Shown: positions 26,830-39,194 of the stretch, one piece after another
Layout: every line of letters starts with the position of its first letter
How positions within the stretch are numbered: the first letter of the stretch is position 1
Assembly (NCBI RefSeq): GCF_036321535.1
Contig: NC_087437.1
Span: 8,060,001 to 8,124,000, forward strand
Length of the DNA: 64,000 nucleotides
Direction of reading: 5' to 3'
Origin: Camelus dromedarius
Lineage: Eukaryota
Notes under the pieces: model-generated
Database searches by the model: none
Told to the model about the DNA's origin: nothing
Seen by the model: only the letters and a program-made list of their open reading frames with translations
Translations under genes and position numbers: made by a program

Positions 26830-27590
26830 CAGATGCTAAAACCACTGGGTAAAAGGTTGGAGCTGGAGAGAATCTCTTAGTCTCAAAGTGTTGCTCCATA
26901 GGTCACTTCCTGATGACAGTGCAAAAAGGTGGCCTTTACAAGGACAACACCTGGCAGACATCCCCTAACCGGAGTGATCAAATTTACCATCCCCAGTAAT
27001 GGGACAGACTGTCACATGCCTGTCGATGACACACCCCAAGAGGAACTCATCATGACTTATGAATTAACTTTTGCCAGAAATGTCTAACACAGATATAACC
27101 GTAAGGAAACAATCCAATGAATCCAAATTCAGGGACATTAGCCTGGATAATTTGAAAATGTCAAACAAAAAAAAGAGAGCGATTAAGGGGCACAGCTACG
27201 AACAGATTGCATGATCCTTGGTTTAACAAACAAAAAAGTAATGTTGGGATAGTTGGAGAGACTTGAATGTGAACTGTATATTAAATAATAATATCGAATT
27301 AAATTATCTAAGTTACTTTTCTTGAGTGTGATTATTGTATCGCAGTTATGTAGGGATGTTAGTCTAAGTACACAGGGGAGAGGTGTCGTGCTGTGTGAAA
27401 CTTACTCTCCTACACTCAGGTGCATGTACAGAGATAACTTAAACACACTCAGAGACAGAGGAAAGAGTATGCAGATGTGGCCAAAGGTTAACTGGTGATC
27501 TAGATCAAAGGTATAAGATATTTATTACAATGTATTTTCAACTTTTCTGTCGGTTTTATATTTTTCAATATAAAACGCCAAGGGAAAAAG
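26830..27590 (+). mobile_element. Old L1 (L1MC/ME-like) 3' end
   Basis: cttaaccggagtgatcaaatttaccatc...attttcaacttttctgtcggttttatatttttcaatataaaa type terminus. Confidence 0.6.
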
Positions 27591-28493
27591 ACCAAAAGAC
27601 TGACATTTCTTTTTGATATTGAGGAAGAAGGAGATTGAGAAAGGATTTGGAGCAGTAGAAAATTTGTCAAGGAGCATGGTAAATATTCAGGACAGAAAGC
27701 ACTTTACCTTCCAGGAGCTTCTCAGAGAAAAGTGATGCCAGGTCCCTCGTTTGTACTAAAGGGCCTTTCCTCTCTGCCCCAAGCATGTGCTAGGTCATCA
27801 GGTGTGTAGGTACTTTACGAGTACTTCTATGTGAGGGCATTGCATACGGTCAGTCAGTCTGCAGAGGAGGCAGGGCAGGCATTACTGTGTTCACCTGACA
27901 AGTGAGGAATCAGAATCTAAGAGACTGGTTGTGTTCAGCTCCACTTACTACAGTGAGTATATGGCAGAAGGAGGTCTTAATTCCCGCCTCCCCTTCCATC
28001 CTGGCTCAGTATTTTTCCCCACAACAGCTGCTATTCACAATACCATGGCTATTCATACATTTCACAGACTACCATTTATTGCAGGACAACCATATGCTCA
28101 GTATTATGGGTATAAAGAAAGAAATAAAATACTTGTTTAGAAATATTCATAGAGCATTTGTTCATTCCATAAATTCTTATTAGGCTCCTATGGGCCAGAT
28201 ACTGGACTGTGTGCTGGGGATACACACCAGTAAATGAGACCCTTTGGGGAGCACTGTCCAGTGAGAGGGACGGAAGCTTCCTGTACAACGAGGAACATGC
28301 CATCAGGGTGGAAGTCACAAATGCTCTGCCACAAGAAGGAGCAGCACTTCTACTCTGACCATGATAATCATGCTTTATTGGAATTTCCTCCTTTAATACC
28401 CACTTTCCCCATGAGAGCATCTTACCACTGTATCCCCAGCCCTGAGCACAGGTCCATAAACAGAGGAAATGCTGAGTAAATATGTGGGAAATA

Positions 28494-30580
28494 TTTATTA
28501 AGTCTTTAAGCCATTTGGAGTCTATTTTTGTGTATAGACTGAGGGAGTGTACTAGCTTCATTGGTTTACATGCAGCTGTCCAGTTTTCCCAGTACAACTT
28601 GCTGAAGAGACTGTCTTTTTCCATTGTATGTTCTTGCCTCCTTTGTTGAAGATTAATTGACCATAGTTCTGTGGGTTTATTTCTGGGCTCTCTATTCTGT
28701 TCCGTTGATCCATATGTCTGTTTTTGTACCAGTATTGTGCTGTTTTGATTACTGTAGCTTTGTAGTATTGTCTGAAGTCTGGGAGGGTTATTCCTCCAGC
28801 TTCATTCTTTTTCCTCAGTATTGCTTTGGCAATTCTGGATCTCTTGTGATTCCATATAAAGTTTAGGATTGTTTGTTCTAGTTCTGTGAAAAATGTCCTG
28901 GGTCATTTGATAGGGATTTCATTAAATCTGTAGATTTCCTTGGGCAGCATGGCCATTTTAACAATATTGATTCTTCCAATCCAAGAGCATGGGATATCTT
29001 TCCATTTCTTTAAGTCATCTTTAATTTCCTTAATCAGTGTCTTATAGTTCCTCATGTATAAGTCTTTCACCTCCTTGGTCAGATTTATTCCTAAGTATTT
29101 TATTGTTTTGGATGCAATTTTAGAGGGATTGTTTCTTTAGTCTTTTCCTGCTATTTCATTGTTAGTGTAGAGAAATACAGTTGATTCCTGTATGTTAATC
29201 TTGTATCCTGCTCCCTTGCCAAATTCTTTTATCAGCTCTAGTAGTTTCTGTGTGGAGCTTTTAGGGTTTTCTATATATACTATCATGTCATCCACATATA
29301 GTGACAGTTTTGTCTCTTCTCTTCCAATTTGGATCCCTTTTATTTCTTTTTCTTGCCTGATTGCTATAAACCTCCTAGAAGAAAACACAGGCAAAACATT
29401 CTCTGACATAAATCTTAGCTATGTTCTCCTAGGGCAGTCTACCCAGGCAATAGAAATAAGAGCAAAAATTAACAAATGGGACCTAATTAAACTTAAAAGC
29501 TTTTGCACAGCAAAGGAAACCATAAGCAAAACAAAACGACAACCTACAGAATGGGAGAAAATATTTGCAAGTGATGTAACTGAGAAAGGTTTAATTTCTA
29601 GAATATATAAATAGCTCATACAACTTAATAACAAAAAAAAAAAACCAAAACAACCCAATTCAAAAATGGGCAGAAGACCTAAACAACCAATTCTCCAGTG
29701 AAGACTTACGAATGACCAATAGGCCTATGAAAAAATGCTCAGTATCATTAATTATCAGAGAAATGCAAATCAAAACTACAATGAGGTATCACCTCATACC
29801 AGTCAGAATGGCCATCATTCAAAAGTCCACAAAGTCCACAAATGATAAATGCTGGAGAGGCTGTGGAGAAAAGGGAACCCTCTAAACTGCTGGTGGGAAT
29901 GTAGTTTGGTGCAGCCATTATGGAAAAGAGTATGGAGATTCCTTAAAAGACTAAAAACAGACTTACCTCATGATCCAGCAATCCCACTCCTGGGCGTATA
30001 CCCAGCAGGAACCCTAACTCAAAAAGACACCTGCACCCCAATGTTCATAGCAGCACTATTTACAATAGCCAAGACATGGAAACAACCTATATGTCCATTG
30101 ACAGATGACTGGATAAAGAAGTTGTGGTATATTTATACAATGGAATACTACTCAGCCATAAAAAAGAATAAAGTAATGCTATTTTCAGCAACATGGATGG
30201 ACCTGGAGAGAAAGAAAAATACCATATGATACCACTCATATGTGGAATCTAAAAGAAGAAAAATGAAGACACTGATGAAGTTATCTACAAAGCAGAAACA
30301 GACTCACTGACATAGTAAATAAACTTACGATTACCAGGAGAAAGGGGGTAGGAAGGGATAAATTGAGAGTTCAAGATTTGTAGATACTAACTACTGTATA
30401 TAAGAGAGAATCAACAAGTTTCTTCTGTATAGCACAGGGAACTGTATTCAATATCTTGTAGTAACCTATAATGAAAAAGGGTAGGAAAACAAATATCTGT
30501 ATGTGTATATATGACCGAAACATTATGCTGTACACCAGAAATTGGCACAACATTGTAAACTGACTATACCTCAAGAAAAA
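28494..30580. mobile_element. Relatively young camelid L1, 5'-truncated with 5' inversion (28494-~29365 minus, ~29366-30580 plus)
   Basis: Minus part encodes RT residues [17 protein letters not shown] (ORF 29137..29409). Plus part encodes NLLEENTGK... and the ORF2 C-terminus [12 protein letters not shown] (ORF 29849..30229), then the 3'UTR. Confidence 0.93.
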
Positions 30581-30772
30581 AATAGATAAACAACAAAGTC
30601 CTACTGTATAGCACAAGGAACTATATTCAGTATCTCGTAATAGCCTATAATAAAAAAGAATACTAAAAGGGAATATATATATATATAATATAGATCTAAA
30701 TTATTATGCTGTACACCAGAAATTAACACAACATTGTAAATCTACTATACTTCAATAAAAAAGGAAAAAAAT
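30581..30772 (+). mobile_element. Second L1 3' tail directly after the first
   Basis: aatagataaacaacaaagtcctactgtatagcac...tgtacaccagaaattaacacaacattgtaaatctactatacttcaataaaa. Confidence 0.85.
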
Positions 30773-31480
30773 AGGAATAATGAAAAAATTTTGATTGTCA
30801 TTCTAAAGAGTATAATCCAAATGCACAGGGTGTCACAGGGCTTTCTGTACAATATATGTTACATCCTCCTCAGGTGCTCAAACACAATATTGTAAATCAA
30901 CTATACTTCAGTAAAAAATATTTTTTTAAGGAAAATTCAATTTGAAAACAACAACAACAAAATAGAGATATGAATTGACCAGATCAGGAGGTTAGAGCTA
31001 CAGCAAAATCAGAATCCAAACTGGGGCCATGATCTCCATGTTCTTGCCACATAGAGGCTTTCTACTTCCTGCAGATTAGAACCTCCCAAAGTTTCCCAGT
31101 TTGGCTAGAACTTAACTGTTCACTCCTCAAACCTGAATCCTTTGAAAGCTGAGTTCCCTCCTTTGTCAGTTATCACACGTTTATGCATTCTTCCAAAAAG
31201 GAAGGGATGAGCCCAGCTCTTTCTTCCGACTTCCCCATTCCAGTATAGAACTAATCATATTCAGATATTGCACCAACTCCTTCAGACATCATAGAATAAG
31301 GTAATGCTTATGGTATAAAACACATTTGATATATTAATACATTAATGCATTTTCTGAAGTTTAACATTACTTACTAAAATCTAATACCCAAAGCATGGAT
31401 TGAAAAGGAAGGATGAAGTTAGTTAAGACAAAGGAGTTATTTACTAGTGTTTCATTTTAGGAAGCAAAGACGACTACCAT

Positions 31481-31630
31481 TTCTTTTTTTTTTTTTTTCC
31501 CCTGTTTTTGGCGGGGGAAGGTAATTAGGTTTGTTTGTTTGTTTGTCTGTTTAATGGAGAAACTGAGAATTGAACCCAGGACCTCATGCATGCTAAGCAC
31601 GCACTCTACCAATAAGCTCTATTCTCCCCC
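31481..31630 (-). mobile_element. Vic-1-type SINE
   Basis: ttgaacccaggacctcatgcatgctaagcacgcactctacc; T-rich tail; ccatttctttt on both sides. Confidence 0.88.
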
Positions 31631-32334
31631 CATTTCTTTTCAAATAAAGAAAAACAAATGAGTTTCCTAAGACAGAGTTGATGATCCAGAAATGATCTAG
31701 GATAATAATAATAGTTATTTGCTTGAGGCTTTCCATATAAGGTATATGGTATTATGCCTTTTAACAAATGGGGAGATCATAGCTTGGAATGGTTAATACT
31801 TGCCCCCAAGGTCATAAATCTACAAAGTGATGAACATAAGATTTGAATTCAGGTAGTCAGATGCTTCTAGTGAAGGAGAGAATTTCAAAGCAGAAAATGA
31901 TGACTGGTTTCTCATTGCAATGAAAATATATTCCCTTTAAACCATGAAATAACTCATCTGTTCATAAATGTAGGTAATTGTGATACACCTTGGGAGGATG
32001 TGGCCTTAAAACTTAACACCTGGCTCACGTGATATGCTGGAAAACTTAGCTGTCAGTATTGATTAGTCAGAAGTCATTTCCTTAACATTTTATATCTTCT
32101 GAAAGAGATAAGCATCGAATGCTTAAGTCAAGTGCGTTATTTACACAGTGATTATGCACATTTACTTGGATTTATAGCTTTTTTCCTTTATAGTTTTTTA
32201 TTGACCAGTACATAGACATTTATTAAATGATGTTTTGAATGGATAGATGGATGGATGGGTGGATGAATATTGCTGACTCTCTGTCTTGGGCAGCTGTTTA
32301 AGATCTACTCTGACTGGGTATTGTGATTTTGGCT

Positions 32335-33850
32335 ATTTCAGTTATCTTTTGCTGCCTAACAAGTTACTCCAAAACTTAGTTGGTTAAAACAATAACAGTT
32401 TATTATTTCTCGTGATTCCGTGGGTTGAGGGAGCTCAGCTGGGCCGTTTTTCTTCTCCACATGTTGTTGGCTGGATCACTCATGTGGCTGCATTCAGCTA
32501 GGAGCTGGGTTGGGCTGCCTCTGTGTTCCTCCACGTGGTTTATCTCTCAGCCGTGTATCTCATCCTCTAGGTGTTCTCCAAATGGACTCTCACTGCAGCA
32601 GAGCATCCTGGACATTCATTCAGCATGGCAGCTGGGTGCTGGAAGAGAGAATTCCAAGAGGACCAGTCCCGAAACGCAGACTCTTACAGGTAGTCTTATG
32701 GTCACACCCAGACTCACTGTGGGAGGGGAAATACAGAACGTAACTCCAGGAGCTATGGCTCACTTAAGCCACTGTGCAGAGTCTGCCTCACTGGCTAACT
32801 TGTTTCCCCTTCTGATCTCTTTGAATATGAACTGGTCTAGAAAAGTGGAGTTGTAATGGTTAGGATGCTTTCAGTTAGACTTAACAAAAACCCACCTCAG
32901 ACAAACTAAAGCAACAAAATAAGCTGACTCATGTAATTGTAAATTCAGGCATAGGTGGATCTAGGTGCTTAAATATTGTACTCCAGACTCTCTTCTCCCT
33001 CTCTCATCTCTGCTTGATTCCATGCCAGCTTTATTTTCTAAAAGGCAATTACCATGTGATGAAAAAAAATATCAACCATCCATATTTAAATTGTCTTCAT
33101 ACCTTACAAACTCAAAAGGTGACAGCTCTCTTATGACTTCAGTTTCCCAAAAGAGACATATTTGCCCACAGTCCCCAGACAGAGGGGAGGTTTCCTGCCA
33201 CATCAGTCTGTCTGTGGAAAGGATCCCTTTGGTCCCTTTTTCACTAAGACAACAGCTGTTCAAGTCATTATCGCTGCATAACAAATCACTAAAAATTTAA
33301 GTGGCTTAAAATAACATTTAAAAAATCATTTTATTATCTCATGGTTTCTGTGGGTCAGAAATTCAAGACTGGCTCCACTGTGCAGTTCTGGCTCAAGATC
33401 TCTTCAGTGGCTGCAGTCATATGGTGACTGGAGCTGGAAGTGGGCAGGTGGGAGGGGGGAGGCCAGCAGGAGCAGATGGGAGCCGACGAGGCATCTCTCT
33501 CAGTATAGTTTCAGGGCTTCTCCATGTGCTCTCTCCACGTGGGATAAGTGGGGCCTCTTCATAGCATGGTGGCCTCGGGGCGGCTGGACCGCTTACACTG
33601 CAGCACCAGCACCCAGCACGAGTTTCCCAACAAGCAGGTGGAAGATGCTTCACCTCTTCTGCCCTAGACCTGGACATCATGCAGCATCACTTCCGCTGAC
33701 CAGCTCCATTGGTTACAAGTGAGACATACAGGATTCAAGAGAAAGGGAGTCAAACTCCACCTTTGATGAAGGAGACGAGTTTCTACAAAACCACGTGGAC
33801 CGAGAAATATTCTTATGACCATCTCCAGAAAATACAGTCACCACAGCAGC
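32335..33850 (-). mobile_element. Cluster of about three MaLR (MLT1) LTR relics (~32335-32790, ~32850-33200, ~33255-33850)
   Basis: Repeated reverse MLT1 termini such as gctgcctaacaagttactccaaaacttagttggttaaaacaa and gctgcataacaaatcactaaaaatttaagtggcttaaaataac. Confidence 0.7.
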
Positions 33851-34523
33851 CCTTACAGGGCCCTGGCTGGATGTAGGAGCCTCAGTTCTAACGTGCCCCC
33901 TGCGTGGGCCCAGGTCATCATCACATTGTGCTGCAGACAGGTTTCTCTGCTTTCAGATGACCTTTGTTTTAGGTTAAGCAACTGTGGGTCTCCATCTCTT
34001 GTTCTAGAGCTATGGTTGAGTTTTTTTGCTGTTCCCGTGTCCCCTCCATCAGGCCCATGTGTTAGTAGCAGGAGGAAATACAGTCTTAGTCTAGTCCACC
34101 TGTCCCAAGACTGAATTTCACCTCTGTTCTTTGTCTCTGAAATTTTTGGCAAAAACTTCCACCAAATTTAAATCAGGTTACTCTCAATCTTTTAACTTGA
34201 GAAAATAAAACATATGAAACTCTTAGATTTTCTTTTTAGTTCTCTTGTCAAAAGTGAATCCAGATATAAGGAGTATGAGTTTTGAGCAAAATAAGCAAAA
34301 CAGAGTCCCACAAAAAATAGGAGAAAGTCTTGAAAGCAAGCAGCGAGAACAGACATATGACCTACAAATAAACAGCAACAGTCCGAAAGCAGTTATTTCA
34401 AAAGTAACAATGTAAACTAAAATACAGTGAGTATTGCCAGCATGCTAAGTGACAATAATTATCAATCAATCAAAATTCCATATCCAACTACAACAGCAGG
34501 TGAATGAAAATGAAAATGCCATT

Positions 34524-35260
34524 GAGGATACAACCAAGATGGTGGAGTAGGAAGACCCTGAACTCACCTCCCGCAGACACCCCGAAATTACAGCTCTCAG
34601 AGGAACTATCTATGAGAACGACCTGAAGACTAGCAGAAAAGATTCTCCGAAACTAAAGATGTAAAGAAGGAACCACAAAGAGATGACTAGGAGGGGCAGA
34701 GACACGGTATAGTCAGAACCCACCTCCCCCAAGGGGGCGACCCCAAAACAGGAAGAATATTACAATTGTTGAGATTCTCCCCAGGAAGCAAGGGGCCGGA
34801 GCCTCACACTGGGCTCCCTGGCCAGAGGTCCGGCAGCAGGAAGATAAGCTTCCAGAACGTCTGGCTTAGAAAACTAGTAGGATTTATGTTTGGGAACTGG
34901 AGGGCTGTAGGGAACAGAGGCTGCTCTCAGAGGGCACGTGCAACACGTCACATGCGCTAAGCCCCAATCCAGAGGCCATCATCGGAGAGGAGCCTGGGTC
35001 AGACCCAGTTGCTGATCTTGGAGATCCTGCCAGAGAGGCGGGAGGCAACTGGGACCTCCTTGGGGATGAAGACGCTGGTCCAGCCATACTGAGGGGCTTA
35101 TTCTACCGTGGTGACATCAGCACATTTTGGAATCCTCCATCTCGGCTATTAGTGCCGGGGCATCCTCGCCCACCAGCATTGGCCTCACACCCTCTGGGCC
35201 ACACAGCCAGCCGTGCAGAAACCTGGCCCCAGGCACATCAGGCCCACAGTCACTGCAGGG
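34524..35260 (+). mobile_element. Isolated L1 5'UTR fragment, same family as 4080-6735
   Basis: caagatggtggagtaggaagaccctgaactcacc... is co-linear with the reverse complement of ~6735-6100. Confidence 0.85.
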
Positions 35261-35264
35261 GGCA

Positions 35265-36525
35265 GGGCCTCAGTGGATGGCAGAAGGGTGGAGCCAGGAT
35301 TTTCACTGTTGGAGTGGGTGGTTATAGACAAGCAAGGAAAGAGGTCTAGAACAATCTCTGCAGTAATAGATCAGTCAGACATCTATATAACTCATGTTTA
35401 GCTCATTGTGGATACAGACATTTACACAGAGAAATATCTGCAGATATGTGTATATACACAGGTTAATATACACATGTATATTTGCTTGTTCTATGAGCTA
35501 CGAGGGCATAGAAGCAGAGGTACCCCAGGAGCAGCCAGCACACTTAGTGCCCAGAACTTGGTTTCCAGTAGCATTCTCTGCTACAAGGGCTGGTTAGGGC
35601 TCCTTGGAGAAATGGCTAATTCTATGACCGGGACAGAAAATATACAAGATGAGCCTGGAGCATCTTATAGTGACACAAAATTTTTAAAGTGCTAAAAAAG
35701 AAAGAAAGACGGACTAGAAAAAAAAGAGTGACAAATAAAGTAGTATGGGGTTATAAGCCAAAGTATAAAACAAATACCTATGATATAAATAAATTATTAA
35801 ATAAACATATAAAGGGGGCGGGGAATAGACAAATCTCCCATACAGAAGAACTGCACTTAATTTATGTTGACCCTTAAAGAGGTGCAACATAACTTGCCAC
35901 TTCTCAGGCGTAGGCTGCACGTGGTGACTCCCTGCCGTAGAGAGCAGTATGGAAGAGGGGAAAAGAGTAACTGGACAGTGGAGACAGTTGAAAACACTAC
36001 CTGAGCCAGGTGATCGGGGTTAACACCAACAGTGATAAATAATGTGGAAAGTATGTTCCTTAGATGTGTCGTGATGAGGATGACTCTTTACCTCTGTGAT
36101 CTCCCACCCCAAAGCACGTAACTGCAGGCTAATCGTGAAAAAAAAATAAGACAAATCTCAATTAAAGGGCATTCTGCAAAATAACCCGACCAGCATGCCT
36201 CAGACTGTCAAGGTCATCAGAAACAAGTCATGGCTGAGAAGCTTTCACAGCCAAGAGGAGCCCAAGGAGACACGGCAGCTAAATGCCCTTTGTTGTCGTG
36301 GACAGGATCCTGGAGCGGAAAATAGACATCAGGTAAAAACTAAGGAGATCTGAATAAAGGACGGACTTCCATTCATAATAATGCATCAGTATTGGTTCAT
36401 TCATTGTAACCAACCTTAGTTAATTATTAAGTCAGTAAGAAGGGAAACTGAGCACAGGGGGGACTGTCTTCACAATTTTTCTGTCAACCTAGAAGAGTTC
36501 TAAAGTTCAAATTTTATTTTTAAAA
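35265..36525 (+). mobile_element. L1MC3-like 3' end
   Basis: ctccttggagaaatggctaattctatgac...aaaatatacaagatgagcctggagcatctt...aaactaaggagatctgaataaagg. Confidence 0.8.
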
Positions 36526-38272
36526 AGAAAGTGAGTGCTACCAAAGAGGGAACATGAACACACACGGGCAGAGAGCAGGAGTGTAAATTCCAACCAGGAG
36601 GGCGCATCACAGAGAGCTGGTCTACATAAAGCAAAGTCACAGAACTGCCAGAAAGCTTCAAGCTTTGTCACTCCAAGTGTGACCCCTAACCAGCAACGCT
36701 GTATCACCTGGAAGCGTCAGAAATTTAGGACCTCGGGCCCTACCCCAACCTACCAAGTAAAAATCTGCATTGTAACAAATTCTATGGGTGATTAATATGC
36801 ATAATAACATTTAGAAGGTGCCAGCTTAGTGGCTATCAGATGAGATTGGCTGTTCATCCTCTGTCCTCCCCCAGCCCCACCTCTCCCCAGCAAAAAAAAA
36901 CCTATAAATCTCAAAAATTCTGTTTTTCTGATAGACATTATTTACTACAAAAGTTGATGAACTTACCAAGGAGTCTAACTGTGAAAATATTTCTAACAGG
37001 ACAAATTACAGGCTGGATCTCTGGATAAAGACAACACTTTCAGTCTTAATATAAATTCTGTACTAGTTAACAACCCCTCAAACAACTTTGAGAGCTGGCT
37101 GGGGAGGGGGGTTCCTTTTAAAAAGGATAAGTATTTACCGATCGGTTTGAGGTAAGCTCACTCTGGGAGAGAAAAAGGCTTCCCCTCTGCCGGGATGAAG
37201 GTGTGTTCCCCTGTCTACCGAGTGGAAAATCAGGCAGAGTAATTACAGGTGGAACAAGGACTATACGCTCCCGATTACTCTCAGGAAACATTTCTGAGTC
37301 TAAATGCACTTTTTAATTAGCTCTTCCAATAGCATCATGCTAATCGGCTAATTTGGAGATGATATGAGACCCCGTGTGCTTTAAAGAAAATCTGTTTGTT
37401 GATATATTTATTTGCACCTGAGACTGTCTTATTGCTGGCAGGACAGATATTATTAAAACAGAATCACCTGCTTATTTTAACCAGATTTTTTTTTAATGAA
37501 CAGACATGAATTGGATTATCCCTCGGGTTTCAGGAGGAAGTATGAGCATTTTGAGTGATGGGAAATTGCCACTTAGCCAGGAAATAAATGAGCTTTAAAT
37601 AGATCCCATTATTTTTTACAAGGTTATTATTGTAAATGTTCCATAATAGAAGAAATGCCCTTCAAGTCTATCCTCGTTATTGGTTTATGATTGGGGTGTT
37701 AACCTCTTAACTAGCCCAGCTCTTCACATCAGACCACAGTGAGTTTTCAAGTGGTTATTACATAAAATAAAATTACCTTTTATTGGTCCACATAATATTT
37801 CCAACAAGTTTCTCCATTTGTTAGCAATGTTGTGAAGAAAATGTATTGAGGTTATTCATCTGCGCTAGGAAACAGTGGCTTTTTAAAGCTTTTATGAGTT
37901 TAACATATTTTACTATTCATCAGACCATCCTGAACTCTATCAAAACATGACTTAGGTGAGAACACGGTGTTATATTGGGATATTTATTTATATCTCACCT
38001 GAATATTTCACACTGCTTTACCCGTTTCACTAAGAGACGGCACTTTATAACCCAAACCAACTGTAGCTTACTATTTGAAATGTTCCTTTCCAGTCTAATT
38101 ACTGCCACTAAATAATAAAAAACCTGGGTCACCAGGGATTTCGGTAAGTGTAGTGGTAAACAGTCTCCTCCCTCCAGCTCCACATTCTCCTATTTTCCGG
38201 AAAGCGTTACTGAGCCGCTGCCCTATTCTGCGCTGCGGGTTGAGCGGCGTCGCTAACTTTAGAAATGCTAGG

Positions 38273-38286
38273 GTGCCCCCTACCGG
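38273..38286 (-). promoter_or_regulatory. Candidate CTCF site in a small CpG-retaining patch
   Basis: Minus strand CCGGTAGGGGGCAC vs consensus CCASYAGRKGGCRS (1 mismatch); 38195-38325 is unusually CpG-rich. Confidence 0.55.
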
Positions 38287-39194
38287 TGCAAATGGGGAAG
38301 CACGCTTCTCCGCCGTTCTGTTCAGAGAGTAAGATTCTTCCAAAAAGAACACTTAAGTTCAGATAAATGATGGTTAGTCGCGTGGATGGATGGATGGATG
38401 GATGGATGGAAGCATAAGGACGGATAATAACCCTACCTAAGGATAAATTTAAAATTTAGGAGCGGAGCTACTTTAATGTTCAACCTGGTCTAGAGAGCCA
38501 TTGGTGAAGAGGGGGAAGGAGGTTGAATATTACATGACCAAAAGTACCTGTGTATGTGCAATTCTCATCATGATTTCAAAGGGACATGTAACCAAGATCA
38601 CTCTCTGAGCCTTTCGCTGTCACCTTTTTTTTGGTAATGTCAGCATCCCTATAGGTGATCCTTCTGCTTAACCCCAGACTTCTCACTTTTTGAACTCCTC
38701 TCTTTCTGTGATCTTGTTCTCCACCTACTTCAGTGACTCAGGCCCATTGTCTCGTCCTAACCATTATTACCAACAACTCTACCACATCCAGACTCACAGG
38801 CAAGCATTCCATTCTCCGATCACTAAGTCCTATTTTCCTAGCTTATTTCTTTGTGGTGCTTCTTCACAATTCTTTGACCCACTAGAATGGTTCAATCCAT
38901 CCACTCTGCCATTTTTCACTACCATTTCATTTCTGAACTCCCTCTTTACCCACCTTAGTTTCCACAGTATGTCACCAGGATCACTTTCTTACACGCACTC
39001 AGGTCTTTTATCCCTTCCGCCTACCATCTTACTCACCAGGTGAAATTCCAACCCAAGCTAAATCCAGACCTCCACTATTCCGGATCTGAAGTTCAGGGGT
39101 TGCATATGGAGAAACTAAAGATAAACACAAAACCGAGTGATCAATCTTGCCTTACATTTATAATTTCCAAATTCAAGAATTTTACTATATTACT

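Noticed and set aside
28076..28624. 182-aa minus-strand ORF
   Set aside because: N-terminus is L1 ORF2 ([16 protein letters not shown]) reading out of the inverted L1 into flanking DNA.
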